64,000 nucleotides of DNA from Amphiscolops sp. MND2022 (lineage: Eukaryota). Location of the stretch: NCBI GenBank assembly GCA_964187785.1, contig OZ076413.1:49478001-49542000 (forward strand), in the 5' to 3' direction. Below the pieces are notes generated by a model. That model did no database searches, was not told where the DNA came from, and was given only the letters and a program-made list of their open reading frames with translations. The number at the start of each line of letters is the position of its first letter. Position 1 is the first letter of the stretch. The position numbers and the translations under genes are program-made. Below are positions 1 through 14,077 of the stretch, piece after piece.

Positions 1-3000
1 TATAAACGCACGCGCTAGAATTAAAGTCACTCGCTACCCTCTCTCGCCACGCACGCCTCGCGATACCCTCTGATCACAGTCACGCCACAACTTTGCTTGC
101 TCTATACAGCTCCTGCTGGTATAAAATACCCGCATCAAACAAGCACAAAATTAGATCAATCCCCTAATATTCTAAACACTACCCAAAACCCTGCAAAATC
201 ACATAAAAGTTTAGGAGCGGATAATTTTTCCATGGAAAAATTTGTGACTTTTTGTATCTCAGAATAATGATGGTTCATGAAATATTTCGACATTTTTTTG
301 AATGACGTGAAAAGTAAGCATGTTCCATTTTTGGAGGCGTTGGAACAAGAATTCCGGAAAGTGGTAAGCATGAAGGTTTTCACTGTTGTCAATCCTGTGA
401 ACTGAGTGTGAACATATGATTGAATGTCAGTCGTTTTTGAATTTGAGTAGAAATGAAAGAAACGCGAAAATAAGAAAAAGCCGACGAGATGAAAGTGACG
501 TGAAATTGTTGGCGTTAAAGGAAGACTCTAATTTTGAAAGGTGACTCGGTGGATTTAGTGTTGAATTGTTGTACTAAGTCTGGAATTAGAGAAATTCTAG
601 ATAGAATCAATTTCAATGTTGCGAAATTCGAGCCCCTAACTCCGTTTTCAATCAGCTCTCAAGATAAATAAAGAACAACATGCGGGCGTTTGTATACTCC
701 AGAGTCTGAGCACTTTCAGTAGTCGCCGTCTACCTAAACAGACATTGTGTGGCAGTATGATGATTGATTTCACAGAAAATAACGAAATGAAGGATCGGAA
801 TCTTGAACGGGCTATGACATGAAATGTTGAAACCATCTAGTTTGTAACCCGAGTGAAAGGAAGACTCCAAATTAGCGAGTTTCTTGTTTGTAATTATTAA
901 TTTTGCAGACGTTTTTCCTAATATAAACGTTACTTTCCATTTTGACGTACAAAAAACGTAGACTGCCATGTTTGATGTCTTTTTCAAATTCCCAAAGTTT
1001 GCTATGACGAGCACCGATACATGGAGAACTAAATCCGAGCATTGATTTATAATAGGAAAATGGAACGACTATATTCTTTTATGTGGGGTTAGGGATCCCA
1101 AGTCAAGCAAATGAGCATGAGATGGGACAGAGGCAACAGGTTGTGGTAGGATCGGGGAAGAAGGAAAGGAAAAGAAAGCAAAGACTTGGAATAGTTGGCT
1201 GAATGTTAGATTAGATTTAGATTGGAGTGTGTAATTAACTGTGAAGAAAAAGAATAGTAATGAAGTTAGTGGCTGCAAATTGAATTGCGGGCTCGTCGAC
1301 ATGGCCGTGGTATCAAAATAAGAAGCAAACATTAGGTATTCAAATTGAATTACAGTCAAAATGCTGCATGATTTGTTAGCTAAAAGCGCCCAAGTATTCC
1401 ACACAAATTATGAGGCACAACTACAACACAACAACCAACAAATCGCAACAACACTCAACTCACTCCACAAATCAACTCCACTCAAATGCTGCTGCTGCTG
1501 TGGCTGTTTTTTACTAACCAGAAAACACTGGCCCAATCTTGGCATCTCACAATCCAGTTTTCTCACCCCCCCCTTTACACATCATGCATGTGTGAGATCT
1601 CAAATACATCCATGCTCTTCAATGTATCATTTCTTTTTTCATCATTGCATAGTTCATTCCTATGTTGCAACTTGCTCCATCGGCTGCTAATTGTTGTTTC
1701 CCCTGTTGTGCCGTGTTGTTTTTATGATCTAAGTTGGATTGGCTTGAGTTGAAAGAGATGATAATATTATTGTGAAATAAGTAGATGTTGATTCAATAAA
1801 GAATTCACCTGAATACCAAATAGTCAGCGCTCCTAACATCTACTTCTCTCTCTCTCAGTCCCAGAGGACCCACTGCCTAATTAGACACACGATCATTGCG
1901 AAGAATGAAAGCAACCGAAAGAAATGAGAGCAAAAGCTAAACACCAAACTGTTGAGGGGAGAAGAATCTGAAATGAAATAAAAACGAAAAAAGAATTGAA
2001 TAGAATAGAAAGCTTTAACAAGCCCAGCGCTTCAATTATTTATGAATACAAATAAGAGCACTAGAAAGCACTTGGCAATCAATGCCATGATTAGAAAGAA
2101 AAGTCGCAATTAGACCACGACGCAACAACAACTCTGTGACGTATTTCAGCAAAATTTAGCATCAACTTATACAACTCCTATTTCTATCCATTTCTGTAAC
2201 CCATGAAAACAAAAACCCCTTAACCCGGCTTTGTTATCCACAAATTACCCCTAATTTCATTTTTGATCTTTTCATTTCAAACGAATCATATTTTTTGTTT
2301 GCAAAAGTTTTCATGATCAGCTCTATTCAAACTGTTGAATTTGGAGTAGTGTGATGATAGCAACCGCTATAATGCGCATTTTAACAAGCGCATATTATTC
2401 TCAATTTTAGTAGTAATGAAGCTTTTTTGTTGAATTTTTGCGACGTTACAAGAAGAAATGATGATCTGTGAAAAGGAAACGATGATTGTTGCCCGTAAGA
2501 TGTTGCCTTTTGAATTCAAGATGATATTGTAGAAGATAAAACTGCTATCGAGGAGATTCTGAATCAACTCATCTGCTGGGTATTGTGACTTGAAAGAAAA
2601 GAAATGACCGGGTATCTTCTGCACTTCGGGTTAAAATCGATAAATGAACCGACCAATATTTGTCATTTACATCGACCCCTGTACTCAGTGTATTCCAAAA
2701 TTCATGAAAATATATTATACAATATAATTTATAAATTAAGATCGTATTAAATTTGACTGTCTAAGCATTTGATATAAAAATGATTTGGAGACGTATTTTT
2801 CGTATATGCAATGTTCGATATTTTGTCATTTTGTCGTTGAACAGTTTTAGAATTTTTTGAAGTGTCCTAATGTCTCTATCGGGTATTCGAGTAATTCTCA
2901 AATTATTTGAAATGAAGATCCTCAAATTTTCATATTGTGGAAATTGAACATAAAAAGCTCAATTCTAACCACATCTTTATATTGGTTGCAATTGTAAATC

Positions 3001-4155
3001 CCTTATGGATATTTTGAGGCACCTTTTTCAACTTCTTTAGTGATTCGGTTATAGCGCGCAAGCGTTTTTGAACTATATTTACAATTTTTTCGTCATTTGG
3101 CTTTGGCAATTGCTTCTAAATTTCCTTGGCAATCGTAATTCAGTAGTAGAAGCAAGATGATGTGGAGTAATAGTTCGAAATGTTTAGTTGAATAGCTTTG
3201 AGGATGATGGGTTGAAAAGAACTGTAAGTGTTGGAGTGTAGCTGGATAATACACTTGGTCTTATTCTTCTATTTGCTACAATTAAATTAATTGAACAATG
3301 TTCTCCAACTTTTTGCAGACGTCAAAATAGAGAAAGAGTTTCTCGGGTTGCGCGACTCTCTTGGCTAACAAATTTAAGTTGAAGGGTACTTGCTATTTAC
3401 GTGGTAAGTGGGCCATTGAGGCAAATACATTGCGCAAATTGACAAGTTTAAATGGAAAGTTGTGATATAATTCAATTTAGACTTCACCTACAATCAACAG
3501 TTCTTGCCTATTCTCCTTTATTCAATTCAATTCAATCCAACAGACCAACTTGAGATCTGATCTGCTACTGCCGACGCCAAAGTTGAAATTGCATTGAAAC
3601 GGCCAGATCCAAAATGAAAAGGAACACCGGTCCTTATCTCTAACCTTTTTATGTCGTGTTCAACGCCACTTTACTATCATTCCACGCGATTTGCACCATT
3701 TTGGCGTTGAAAGAAAAGACGTTGTATGTTCCGTAGAAGAGCGATCAAGATTTGAATCGATCTTTTTGAATATTTTGAGGTCTTCCCTTTTTCGCTAAAC
3801 AGTCCCTTTTTGGTCGCCTGTTATAATCTTGATTGATAACTTTCAATGTTGAATTGAAACCAAGTTACAGTTTCGTAGATTTCTTAATTTCATTTTTAAT
3901 GTTCACATGCTGTGGGCTTTTGTAGTGTTCTGCATCACTAAACTTAAATATTTGGTTTTCAAGATGAAGTAATCCACCAATTTTAGTCAACGCTTCATGA
4001 AGTGAAACGCGACTTTACTAGTGACTTTTTTTCAATCCACGCGAACTGACCAAAATAGTTCTTGAAAGTTCTACGAAACTTTAAGGTGCCAAATTGGACC
4101 ATTTGACACAAGAAACTGAAATATAAAAGTTGTTCCTTTTTTCAGCGTAACATAC

Positions 4156-4416
4156 AGTATAGGGCGAGACTAAAAGGTCCCCCTTTCAGTTTTTAGGCAT
4201 TGTCAGACCTTTCTCCAAGGGTCCCTCCTGCAATTTTTTTTGATGTTTTGCGACAGAATGGATGTTGAAAAATCCGAAAGGGCCCCCCTTTAGCGCTCCA
4301 ATTCGTTCCAACTTTTGGGTTTTTCAAGTACTGTAAAAGAGAATACTTGACCCTTTGAAGTCCTTTTGGAATTTTTGAGCCGTAGATATGGCGCCGACTT
4401 ATGCCGTTCCCGCCTT
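4156..4416 (-). mobile_element. Partial copy of the interspersed Helentron/HINE-like repeat in a coe intron
   Basis: Reverse complement of the AAG..CGGGAACGG..AAGTCGGCGCCATATCTA.GGCTCAAAA head and the GGGGACCCTTTG core seen at 11304 and 12481. Confidence 0.65.
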
Positions 4417-4456
4417 GAAGATTGTTATGAGTTTTCTGCATGTTTTTGCGTTGCAG

Positions 4457-4656
4457 GTACTTTCTGAAGTTCTTCCTGAAGTGCAACCAGAATTGTTTGA
4501 AGAACGCGGGCAACCCTCGAGACATGCGTCGCTTCCAGGTGGTGCTGAGCAGTACCCCCAACGTGGACGGACACGTGCTGGCAGTGAGTGACAACATGTT
4601 TGTGCACAACAACAGCAAACACGGCAGACGCACCCGCAGGATGGACCCCACGGAGG
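4457..4656 (+). CDS. coe: COE/EBF (collier/knot) transcription factor, internal exon encoding the C-terminal part of the DNA-binding domain; upstream exons not found in the window
   Basis: ttgcAG acceptor and GTGAGT donor; translates [29 protein letters not shown]...[15 protein letters not shown], a hallmark COE DBD sequence. Confidence 0.97.
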
Positions 4657-7497
4657 GTGAGTGTGGCGCCTTGCAACTCACTACTCATCCCAAGTGCTTA
4701 TCCCCTAATGATTCGGCGGGGGCCCCGCCACATATTGTTGCATGTTAGTAGTAGCAACAACTCTACTCAGTAGCACTCCTTACTTACCTTTGACCTCTTA
4801 CCTTCCTTTAATACATACCAATCAACTCACATAATACCAGTCAACACGTCCAATTCCAAAAACATACCACAGTAAGTGATGAAATGTAGTACCACACCTT
4901 TACTAGAACGAAATAGTGTTTTCTTGAACACATCTTTTGACAAATGCATGGAAAACGTTCCGAAATCAAAGTGGGCGCATTGTTCATTTCTTGCCCAATA
5001 GGATTCAACTGTTACTTCAAAAGTAGGAAGACATTTCATTTGTGTTTTAACTATTGAGGTGTGCTACCTTTTGTCACACTGCTGTATTATACGAGTTATG
5101 ATTTTGAAATGAGGAAAAATAATGGATGATAATGTTATATATGAATTTGGTACACGTTTCCAACCCCACTACAGATTACTATATTGAATGCGTTATAATT
5201 TTCGGCTTATAATTTGAAAATTTTTAGTAATAGACAAGTTGACGAAAAAATTTGTACATCTTTAAACCAGAAAAATCAAGAGTTTTGTCGAGGAATTGAA
5301 TCAAACAATACTTTTAGGGCGAGATACTTCTGAATTTGGTTGCATGGTTTTTTGAAAGATAATGTCCAAGCACTCTTATCACTGGCAAATAAAGTACTTT
5401 TTGTTCTAAACATGAACGCTAAAGTAGTACATTGTAAACACGTTCATCTCTTGGAATAAGTTTTCATGAGCGCTGTGAAAATTCTTCCCAATCCGCGCGA
5501 ATGCAGATGTCGCACTGCTTAGCCCGAGCCAAAAAGCATGTGAGTTTTTCCCACTTCATCATCATCCATTGTGAAAAATCTTAAGGAGCAAAATTGTCTT
5601 TCACTTTTAATTTTAATTTCGAAAAATAAAGGTGTTACTACAGGAATGTTACTTCCATAATGTAATATAACCTAAATCTCAACAAGCTTCTGTTTGCATT
5701 TTTTTGGAAATTTTCAAAGTCGTTTCCGTTTTATAGAGTTTATTCAACTTCTTGATAGACATGTTTGTTGCTTTTGCTTTTGATGCCATGCAAATTTAGT
5801 TGTTTCTCTGCCGCTGCTGTGATTTACAATTTATAATTCATCCTAGATTTCAGTTCGATTACGCCCTCATTTTTATTCACGCCTCGCCATCTGCGGTCCA
5901 ATTCTCCTTTTTCTGCTCACATAACACTGGCTGCTCATCTCATCTATACTAGAAATCATTTGCCTGAAATTTGCAATTAAAAATGACAAAAATGCAAACG
6001 TTTCAATTACTACCTTGTCAAAGTGATTAACGAGTGTTTAGCCAATAAGTTGAGTGGTGTCATGACGTTTACAATTATTTGCATGTAAATTTAGGTGGAT
6101 TTGACAATTTTTAAGCGCTTGTGGGAATGTTCATTAGCTTTTGGACGCTTCGTAGAATTAGATGCAACATTTGGCTCAATTTAACAAAGAATTACCTTTT
6201 TTAGTCGAGTTGAGTCAATAAATAATTTTAAAATTTCAATGAGTTGTGTTTAAATTGCCCATCTTATTGCAACGGTTTTTCATCTGTGTATTGTATTTTT
6301 AAGATATGAGGGATAATGGGAAAATCTCAAAATAGAGGAAGTGTTTTAGAAAAGTCAAAAAATTGGGGGTTTTCTGCTAACGGCACTTCAAAATGAGTAA
6401 AAAAATATAAAAAATTAGAACGTTAGAAAAGCGTGGTGCGTTTCATTTCAAAAATCAGAACTTTGCTGTCGATTTTTTCGAGTTTGTACGCAGAAACTTC
6501 AAAAGCGCGGGAAAAGAGTTTTGAATGAGACTTAGATTGAGGGCATAGATAGGTGGGCATAAACTGAGGGAAGAGGATAAAAGGGGGTGTTAGGGAGGGA
6601 GGGTGATGTTTGGGTTGCGGGGAAGGGATAGGAGATTGGCTGTGTCTTTGTGGCGAGCGGCGGGGATTAGTTAATGGAGCATGGAAAAGTGAGAGGGTAT
6701 ATGGGGGCATGTGATGGGTTCAGGTGCTATTGCTAAGTATCACCATCCTTCAAATTGCGTCCATAAAATTTAATCCTATCACATTCCTCAATTACTTAAT
6801 CTTTCAAGTAATGAATGAATGACGTCGCGGCCTCCCGACCATAGCCACAAACACACAGCACAATTGAACGGGACAGACCCAACAACAGACCCCTCATCCC
6901 CTTTTACTACATCCACACTTGATATGTAATGTACCCATCTTGTACTCTATAAACTATCCTCTTTTATGTGCATTCTTATACTCCACATCCATTCAGGCCA
7001 TACACAATATACTGCAAACTCTACTGCTTACTCTACAGTGCGAGTACACTGTGCGCAAAATATATACTACTTTCAGAGTCTGTCAATGCTATTGTTTTTT
7101 CTAACATTGATCAGTTGATGACACCGACAAACATGAATCAGGAGGTTCCAATTAGTCAAAAAGTAGGATCAGAATAAGTTGTCAAAATGACTATGGTTAC
7201 ACTTTTTGTCACCAAAACTGAGTTGTTTTTTGATTCCGCATTTTTTGCTATGTGGATGTGAAACCTTAAACTCTTAGAATGCTTGGTGCTTGTGAATTAT
7301 GAATGTAATGGAGATGATATAAAGGTAGTGGAGACAATCAAATCGCATTGCAGTTTTCCCAAATCTCTTAGTTTCGAACCCGTTCTTTCCTAAATTTTGT
7401 TTTTGAATCCATTTTCTACGTTTTGTTCGCACATTGATGTCTCTTTGTTATATCCTGTATCCGTCCCCTTTCGAAAGAGTAGTTTATTTGTAGTTGA

Positions 7498-7800
<303 letters not shown>

Positions 7801-7912
7801 TAGACCGATATTTAATCATATAATTAATCATAGACAGGTTGATCAGATACTTTTAGTATTCCGGGTGAATACCCCGGAGTTGTTGGTCTAGTAAATTATT
7901 GTTGCTTTGCAG

Positions 7913-8158
7913 CTTTGACGGAGCCGACGATTGACTTCGGGTTCCAGCGATTGTCGAGGCTAATCCCCAGACACCCGGGAGACCCTGAGAAGATTCCCAA
8001 GGAGGTGATTCTGAAGCGGGCAGCTGACCTGGCAGAGGCACTGTACTCCATGACTCGCAATCAGAACCCTCTGGCCGCCCTACCCCCCAGTCATCACACA
8101 AACATGGTCAGCTACTTCGAGGACACTGCCAACGATCCCGCTGCCCAGTACTCTTTAG
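7913..8158 (+). CDS. coe: COE/EBF exon, HLH dimerisation domain (single helix 2)
   Basis: tttgcAG acceptor; [46 protein letters not shown]; donor GTACAA chosen by phase. Confidence 0.95.
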
Positions 8159-9468
8159 GTACAAAACCACTTTATGTCCAATAAAACAATCTTTTTCATT
8201 TTGGAAGAAACATTCTAGCTCATGTTAAAATTTCCAATTTCTCGTCTGTATTAAAAAAAGACCGCAGTACTGTAACCCATTTTTCATGTTGGGTTTATTG
8301 GGTAAATTGGGTTTATTTGAATATAAACTATATTTGAATTCGTTAAAAAATTGTTTTCTTGGAATCTTTGGTTGTTAGAATTCAATTGAAGTTCCACTTA
8401 AACTGATGATGGTGTTTATCAAAGCAATACTGCACAAATCAATTTTCCATTGTAATACACCAAAACCATCTCTTGAGAAATTTCCACCAAGATTGCGTTT
8501 ATTTCATGGAATTTGATTGCAATACGTAAACAGTCTCTTGGATGACATCCATGACGCGACCAAATGCATATTTAAGAGCATAATGATCAATTTCTTGATA
8601 TATTATAATACACGGAGAATCACATTTCAACAACTACGCTGATTTTACGGTAATACGCGGTCGCGGATTTCTGATGGGCCTGCGTTTTAGCAGTTATTAT
8701 ATCTACTTTGGGTGTTTCTTTTTGGAAAATATATTTTTTTTCAATGATGAAATTTTTACTGGAAATACAATGAGTTGAAAGATTTTTCATGACTCAATTC
8801 TGATTGGATAATAGAGCAATGAATGAGATTTGAATTCGCGCGATAACAAAAGGGCTTTTAAATTATCAATCTCACGTCCGCATTTCACCTGAAATGTAAA
8901 CAGCTGGCAGTGTTTTAAAATTGAATTTTAAAAAATCAAGGGAATTTTTAAAGAACTAATAAACTGGAAACGCCATTGGAAACATTTTCAGAAATTGAAT
9001 GTAATTTATTCTGAAGTGAACCCGAATTAATCAAATTGTATAAACTAAATTTAGGAAATGATAATTAGCTGTATAAGTATTATTCGTTTATTATTATAAG
9101 TACAGTTTATTCGTTTTAGTTTTATTGAAGACAACAGACAGAGTCAATCGAAATTTATATTGATAGGCAGATGCATTTTTGATATCAGGGTATACGTCAC
9201 ATTTAGCACTTGTGAACGTTTTTCGGTGTAGGAACAAAATCTTATTCGACCTCATTTTTCTCCGTGAAGGGGAAGCTGACTATTTTTTGTGTCACAATTT
9301 TAACCTTTCAAATGCAATGGAAATCTCTAAAACATTGTCAGCAGTCCTTGAGGTATATACGAGCTCAAGATTTGATCAGCGAATGCTTTAAATATTTCTC
9401 GTTCACAAACAGTTTGTTGTAATGAAATGAAAAATGTAGCAGCTCTAGACGTTTGATGAATGTTTAAG

Positions 9469-9723
9469 GTTTCGGCAAAAGCAGCAACCTTCTGTCACCC
9501 CGAGGCTACGGGCCCGGTTCCATGGGCGTGGGAGTGGGGGTTGGAGTTGGTGTAGGGGTAGGAGGAAACGCTGTCTCTCCCAGCACCTACTCGAGCATGA
9601 ACAACGCGGCCGCCGCGGCCACTCTGGGCATGAACAGCTACCACAACGGAGGAGCAGCGGTGGCAGCTGCAGCCATGGGCAACCCACAGGCCACTGCCTT
9701 CCTAAACCCTGCCGCTCATCCTT
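9469..9723 (+). CDS. coe: COE/EBF exon, Ser/Pro/Ala/Gly-rich C-terminal region
   Basis: ttaAG acceptor, GTAAGT donor, GC-rich relative to the introns, phase-compatible, contains the SPRGY motif of EBF C-termini. Confidence 0.8.
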
Positions 9724-10209
9724 GTAAGTACACTACTCGCATCATGTATTTCATGTCTATCGCAAGATCAAATGTCATTCACAAACGAGACCACCAAACT
9801 CGCAAATTCAAAAAAACTGCAAAGCTTACTGGGAAAAATGTAAGATAACTGACTATGGTACTGCTTTTGTTCGTAATCAATTAAAAATTGAAGATCATGT
9901 AGTTGTATTGTTTTATGGCAATTTACGAATTTGGCAATTTTTTTGAGCAGAAAGGAAAATAGTTCCGCAGTTGGTGGAGGTATAGCTTTTGTTCACATCT
10001 TGCTTCACATGATCGGTATCAGTGAATGTTTCATGGAATGGAGAAGCAATTGTCTAACTTGTTAATTAATTGAAAAAGTTAAGGTGACCCGAAGAGTACT
10101 TTTTTAGAGTCTTTGGCACGTGAGCTGAGTGTCAATTTCAACGAATTTCATTTTGGGTGTAAATGGCGTTGTTCCTTGTTGATTCTGAATGGGTCCATTT
10201 TCGTTTCAG

Positions 10210-10385
10210 TCGGCATGACAGGGTCCCCTCCAGCACTGCCTGCGCACCACATGGCGGGAGGGGGTGGACATCACACCCCGGGAATCTTTTCCTTCTCCCC
10301 CGCCAACATGATCAACGCCGTCAAACAGAAGTCCGCCTTCGCCCCCAATCGCCAAAACGCGTCCCCCGGTCTACAATCAAACTGA
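10210..10385 (+). CDS. coe: COE/EBF last coding exon, ending at TGA
   Basis: tttcAG acceptor; conserved EBF tail GIFSFSPANMINAVKQKSAFAP; AATAAA follows at 10415-10420. Confidence 0.9.
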
Positions 10386-10414
10386 CCCCTGCTCTCTCCC
10401 CTAACACCCTCCCT

Positions 10415-10420
10415 AATAAA
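10415..10420 (+). terminator. Candidate polyadenylation signal of coe
   Basis: AATAAA 30 nt after the stop codon; a second ATTAAA lies near 10573. Confidence 0.4.
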
Positions 10421-11303
10421 TTGGTCATAATTTACAATCAACTTTATTTCTATCATCCTCTGCTCATATGCTGTATAGTTAGATCAATCTACTCTTTCGT
10501 ATTTCTTTTCATTCTTTTCTAAATATCCCTAATTTTCATTTTGTTTAATGACATATCCTTTACAAATATATTATTAAAAACCAGACTTCGTTTAATTAGT
10601 GCACTACAGGGATGTTATTTTCATTTTCCAATCCCCTTCCCGGTTTCATGTCAAAATATCCGAAGTTGAAAGATTCTAAAGTAAAATCTAGGGTAAAATC
10701 TAAATGAAGCAAAAAACCTTGTATGACTCGGCCTTCCTTTTTCCAGCCTCTATGTCGGTCGTCATCAAAACTTATGCGGCAACCAGTGGCACGTTGCTCC
10801 GCTTCGCACTTGCATTTAGGGCACTATCGGTATGTGAACATAGATAATCATGATTCCCTGATTTTACCTAGGAGACTTTCGTCTAGAAATTAAACCTAGA
10901 TTTTAACCTGATACCCTGTTCCCAAAATTACAAAAGCGATAAAAATTTCACATTATTGATGTATCCACAAAGTTTTTGGCGTGACTTACGAGCGTAGTAA
11001 TCACAGACTGCAATTTTTATGTAGACCTTTTCAAGTGTCTCGAAGTTTTTATGCGATGTGCAAAAATTAGTCACCGAAACTAGGGGATCTCGAGGGGAGC
11101 CATGTTCCAATAGTGAAGTTGACCCCTGCGTAAAGAGCAACCTACTGCCCCTGGAGCGTTAAATATTCCATCCGGAGTTTTTAGTTAGCTAAAAAAGGCC
11201 AACTAGTTACTCATTTTTCAAGTTGAAGTCAACCGAGAATTCAAGAAAATTTCATGGCGATGTTCAGTTTGTCCTATGATTCGAATGTAGTCTTCGAAAA
11301 CAG

Positions 11304-11545
11304 AAACAAGCCGGGAACGGCCAAAGTCAGCGCTGTATGTAAGACTCAAAAAGCGCAAAGTTTTTAAAATTGTGAAAGGGGGGCCCTTTGGACTTTTGAA
11401 ACTCCAGTTTGTTGAAAAATAATTAATTGGAGGGCTGGAGATTTTTAAACAAATCGGAAAAAAATCAAAAAATGAAATTTTTGAACAGTATCACAGTGTT
11501 GAAAATGTAAAAGAGGGGACCCTTTGATTTTTTAACATCCATTAT
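11304..11545 (+). mobile_element. 5' part of the Helentron/HINE-like non-autonomous repeat
   Basis: AAACAAGCCGGGAACGGCCAAAGTCAGCGC head plus GGGG(A/G)CCCTTTG cores shared with 12481-12932. Confidence 0.65.
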
Positions 11546-11709
11546 TATTATTTCTGCGATAGCAGGAATATTGAAATCTCAAGATTTCAACTTTTTTCAG
11601 TAAAATTTTTGTCGTGATACTGAAAAATTCAGATACTTTGTTCGGCAGTGAGTATAAGCGTGAGATTTAAATTTCTCAAGCTGCCGACAACAATCCGTTT
11701 CTCGTGCGA

Positions 11710-11830
11710 TGAAACGAGCGAATGATAATTATGCTTTCGTACGCCGAGTTATTGAGATGAAGCGAGCGAATGTTCGTAATTATGCTTTCGTACGCCAAGT
11801 TATTGATATAAAGCAAACGAGTGTTAATTT
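11710..11830 (+). repeat. Tandem repeat, about 49-51 bp unit, 2.4 copies
   Basis: tgaa.cgagcgaatg..taattatgctttcgtacgcc.agttattga repeated. Confidence 0.85.
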
Positions 11831-11942
11831 TTCGTTCGCCGAGAGCTTCGCCTGCATTCAAATGCGAATGCGAAACTTCGTCTACGCTTAGTAGTTATAT
11901 TTGCTTTAGTTCGAGATTTAAAGGCGGTATAAAGGTTTAGTA

Positions 11943-12019
11943 TCATTTCACTCCACGTTCATTTTACCCCATATCATTGCACCCCACGTTCATTTCAACC
12001 CACGTTCATTTCACACCCC
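11943..12019 (+). repeat. Short tandem array, about 16-bp unit (catttcaccccacgtt), about 5 copies, possibly a transposon subterminal repeat
   Basis: Direct reading of the sequence. Confidence 0.7.
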
Positions 12020-12480
12020 AATGAGAATGAAGGAGGTTCAAAAATGTTCAACAGAATAGAAAAGTGAATTCTAGTCAAACATTGACTAATTTACGCTTTA
12101 TACACGTTACGGAATTGAGCCAATTGTAGGTTGAAATTCTTGACTGGTTTCCACTTTTCTCTAATTACGCCCAATGACCACAATCCGCAATTTCTGATTA
12201 CACTGTGCATCAAAATTCACGATGAACACATTGCAGTTTGGCTACAATACCGTTCGTTCTCGTTTTACGGAAAATACACTTTACACTTGATGATAAATTC
12301 CACTTTTGCGGCATATGTATCGTAATGTTACGATTTAGAATTTTCATTTTCCCAGTAAGCTTTAATAGAGGTGAAACAACTTTTTTTATCGTAACGAAAA
12401 CGAATCTGATTGATCGAAATGTTTCTCAATTCTGAACAAAATTGTTTATTACCATTTTCGCCTAGCTCGTGTCCCACAAA

Positions 12481-12932
12481 AAACAAGCCGGGACCGGTCC
12501 AAGTCCGCGCCATATCTAAGGCTCAAAAATAGCAAAAGGACTTCAAAATGTCAAAGTATTGGTGAATTGGGGAATCTTTTATGAATTTTTATTTGGAAAA
12601 AAGCCTCACAATGCCGAAAAAACTGAAAGGGAGGACCCTTTGGGATTTTTCAACATCCATTTTGTCGCAAAACTCCAAAGAAAATGAAGGGGACCCTTTG
12701 GTGAAATGTCGCACAATGCCTAATAAACTGAAAGGGGTGCCTTTAGTCTCGCCCGGTAATGTATGTTACGCGGATATAAACCTTTTTGGTTCAGTTTCCT
12801 GGGCCAACAGGTGCAATTTAACATTTTGTAAAGTTTTGGTAGAACTATTTTGGCCACTTCAGGTGTTTAGAAGAACACTGACGAAAAGCTATAACTATAG
12901 TCGGCTCTTTTCAAGAAAAGCACCGACTAAAA
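12481..12932 (+). mobile_element. Apparently complete Helentron/HINE-like non-autonomous element
   Basis: AAACAAG head with AGTCCGCGC, internal GGACCCTTTGG cores, 3' hairpin TAGTCGGC-TCTTTTC-AA-GAAAAG-CACCGACTA followed by an A-run; the same hairpin occurs near 18250 and 20620. Confidence 0.65.
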
Positions 12933-14077
12933 ACGGGAGACGTAGGCACCAAGCTACTATCTTAAATTTGTTTTGAGTTTTTTGATATTTTCAGTTACGA
13001 AAACGTGTTTTTTGAGCTCAAAGGAGAAAACTTTTGCGCAATTCCGGAGATGTGCAACTTTTTTTCAGTAGAAATCTTTCGAAAAAGGCACAATGTCGTT
13101 TTTTGTGAAATAAAATTCCGATAAAGAAAGCTCTTATTTATTTTCCTGATTTATTTTGTGTTGACATAGGGCTCGAATTTAGTGGTTTTAGTTTTCTGAT
13201 TGTTTCCAAATTGAACTAGATTCAAATTACTTTGTGACAGATCGTATATAACGACAAAAATGCGGTTTATCCATATTAGAAAGGGTTTCCGAATAAGGTC
13301 CTTTAATAGAAAAAAAAATAAGTGAATCAATTCCTGCTTTTATATTACCATCTTAGACCCTCTGTGCAAATATGGGTGAGCTGGTTTTCAGGTAATTAGG
13401 CGCAATTTAGTTGAGACTATTGCGTTGTCTTTTCGTGTCCAAACAATTGAATTTCTTGAATGTCGTAATTTTTCCAAAAGCCACTCAAAGCATAAAAATA
13501 TCCCAGTGCGACTACGCTTCTTGATTCGTATTCTGTTTGGTACCTAATCGGCGTGTCTGATCCAAAAATCCGCGTTTATGCTCCTGTCAATGAAACTTTT
13601 CAACGCTCGTTTTGGCTCAAAGAGAGGATTGAATTTAGGTCATCACAATATTCATTAAAACCGCCGCCTCTTCCTTAGTACAACGCAATATAGTTCGGAT
13701 AAAATGTCAAAAATTCGGATAAACCGCAATATTTTTGAACCTCTACCTCCAAAATTCAAGTAGTATTTTAAAATTTTCGGTGGATAGTTACAGTCGAAAT
13801 CGAATAAAAAAACACGGATAAAAGAAACATTCGTATATAAGAAACGCTTTCACTCCTCCGCTTTTATGCAAGACAAGCTATCTGGGTTATTAGAACAACT
13901 GGTAAAAGAAACTAAGGATGAAAGAAACTCTTTTCTTACCCCAAATGATTTTCTTTCATTCAAGTTTGACTGTATTGGGAAAACCTAATATCAGACAAAA
14001 ATGATAATTTTGAACAGAGTCACAGTGGCGAAAGATGTAAAAAGGGGGACCTTTTGAGATGTTTCAACATCCGTTCC

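Noticed and set aside
156..2624. Short ORFs in the first coe intron, including one with a CCCCCGC run
   Set aside because: Low-complexity AT-rich frames with no recognisable domain; the Cys run is a (TGC)n microsatellite.
3319..3403. AG...GTAAGT-bounded segment as a possible extra coe exon
   Set aside because: All three frames contain stops and there is no COE similarity.
10607..10918. Small MITE-like segment with CAGGG/CCCTG ends and GGTAAAATCT inverted motifs
   Set aside because: Single copy in the window and no clear TSD.
11710..12019. CRISPR-like array
   Set aside because: Contiguous tandem units without unique spacers, eukaryotic context, no cas genes.
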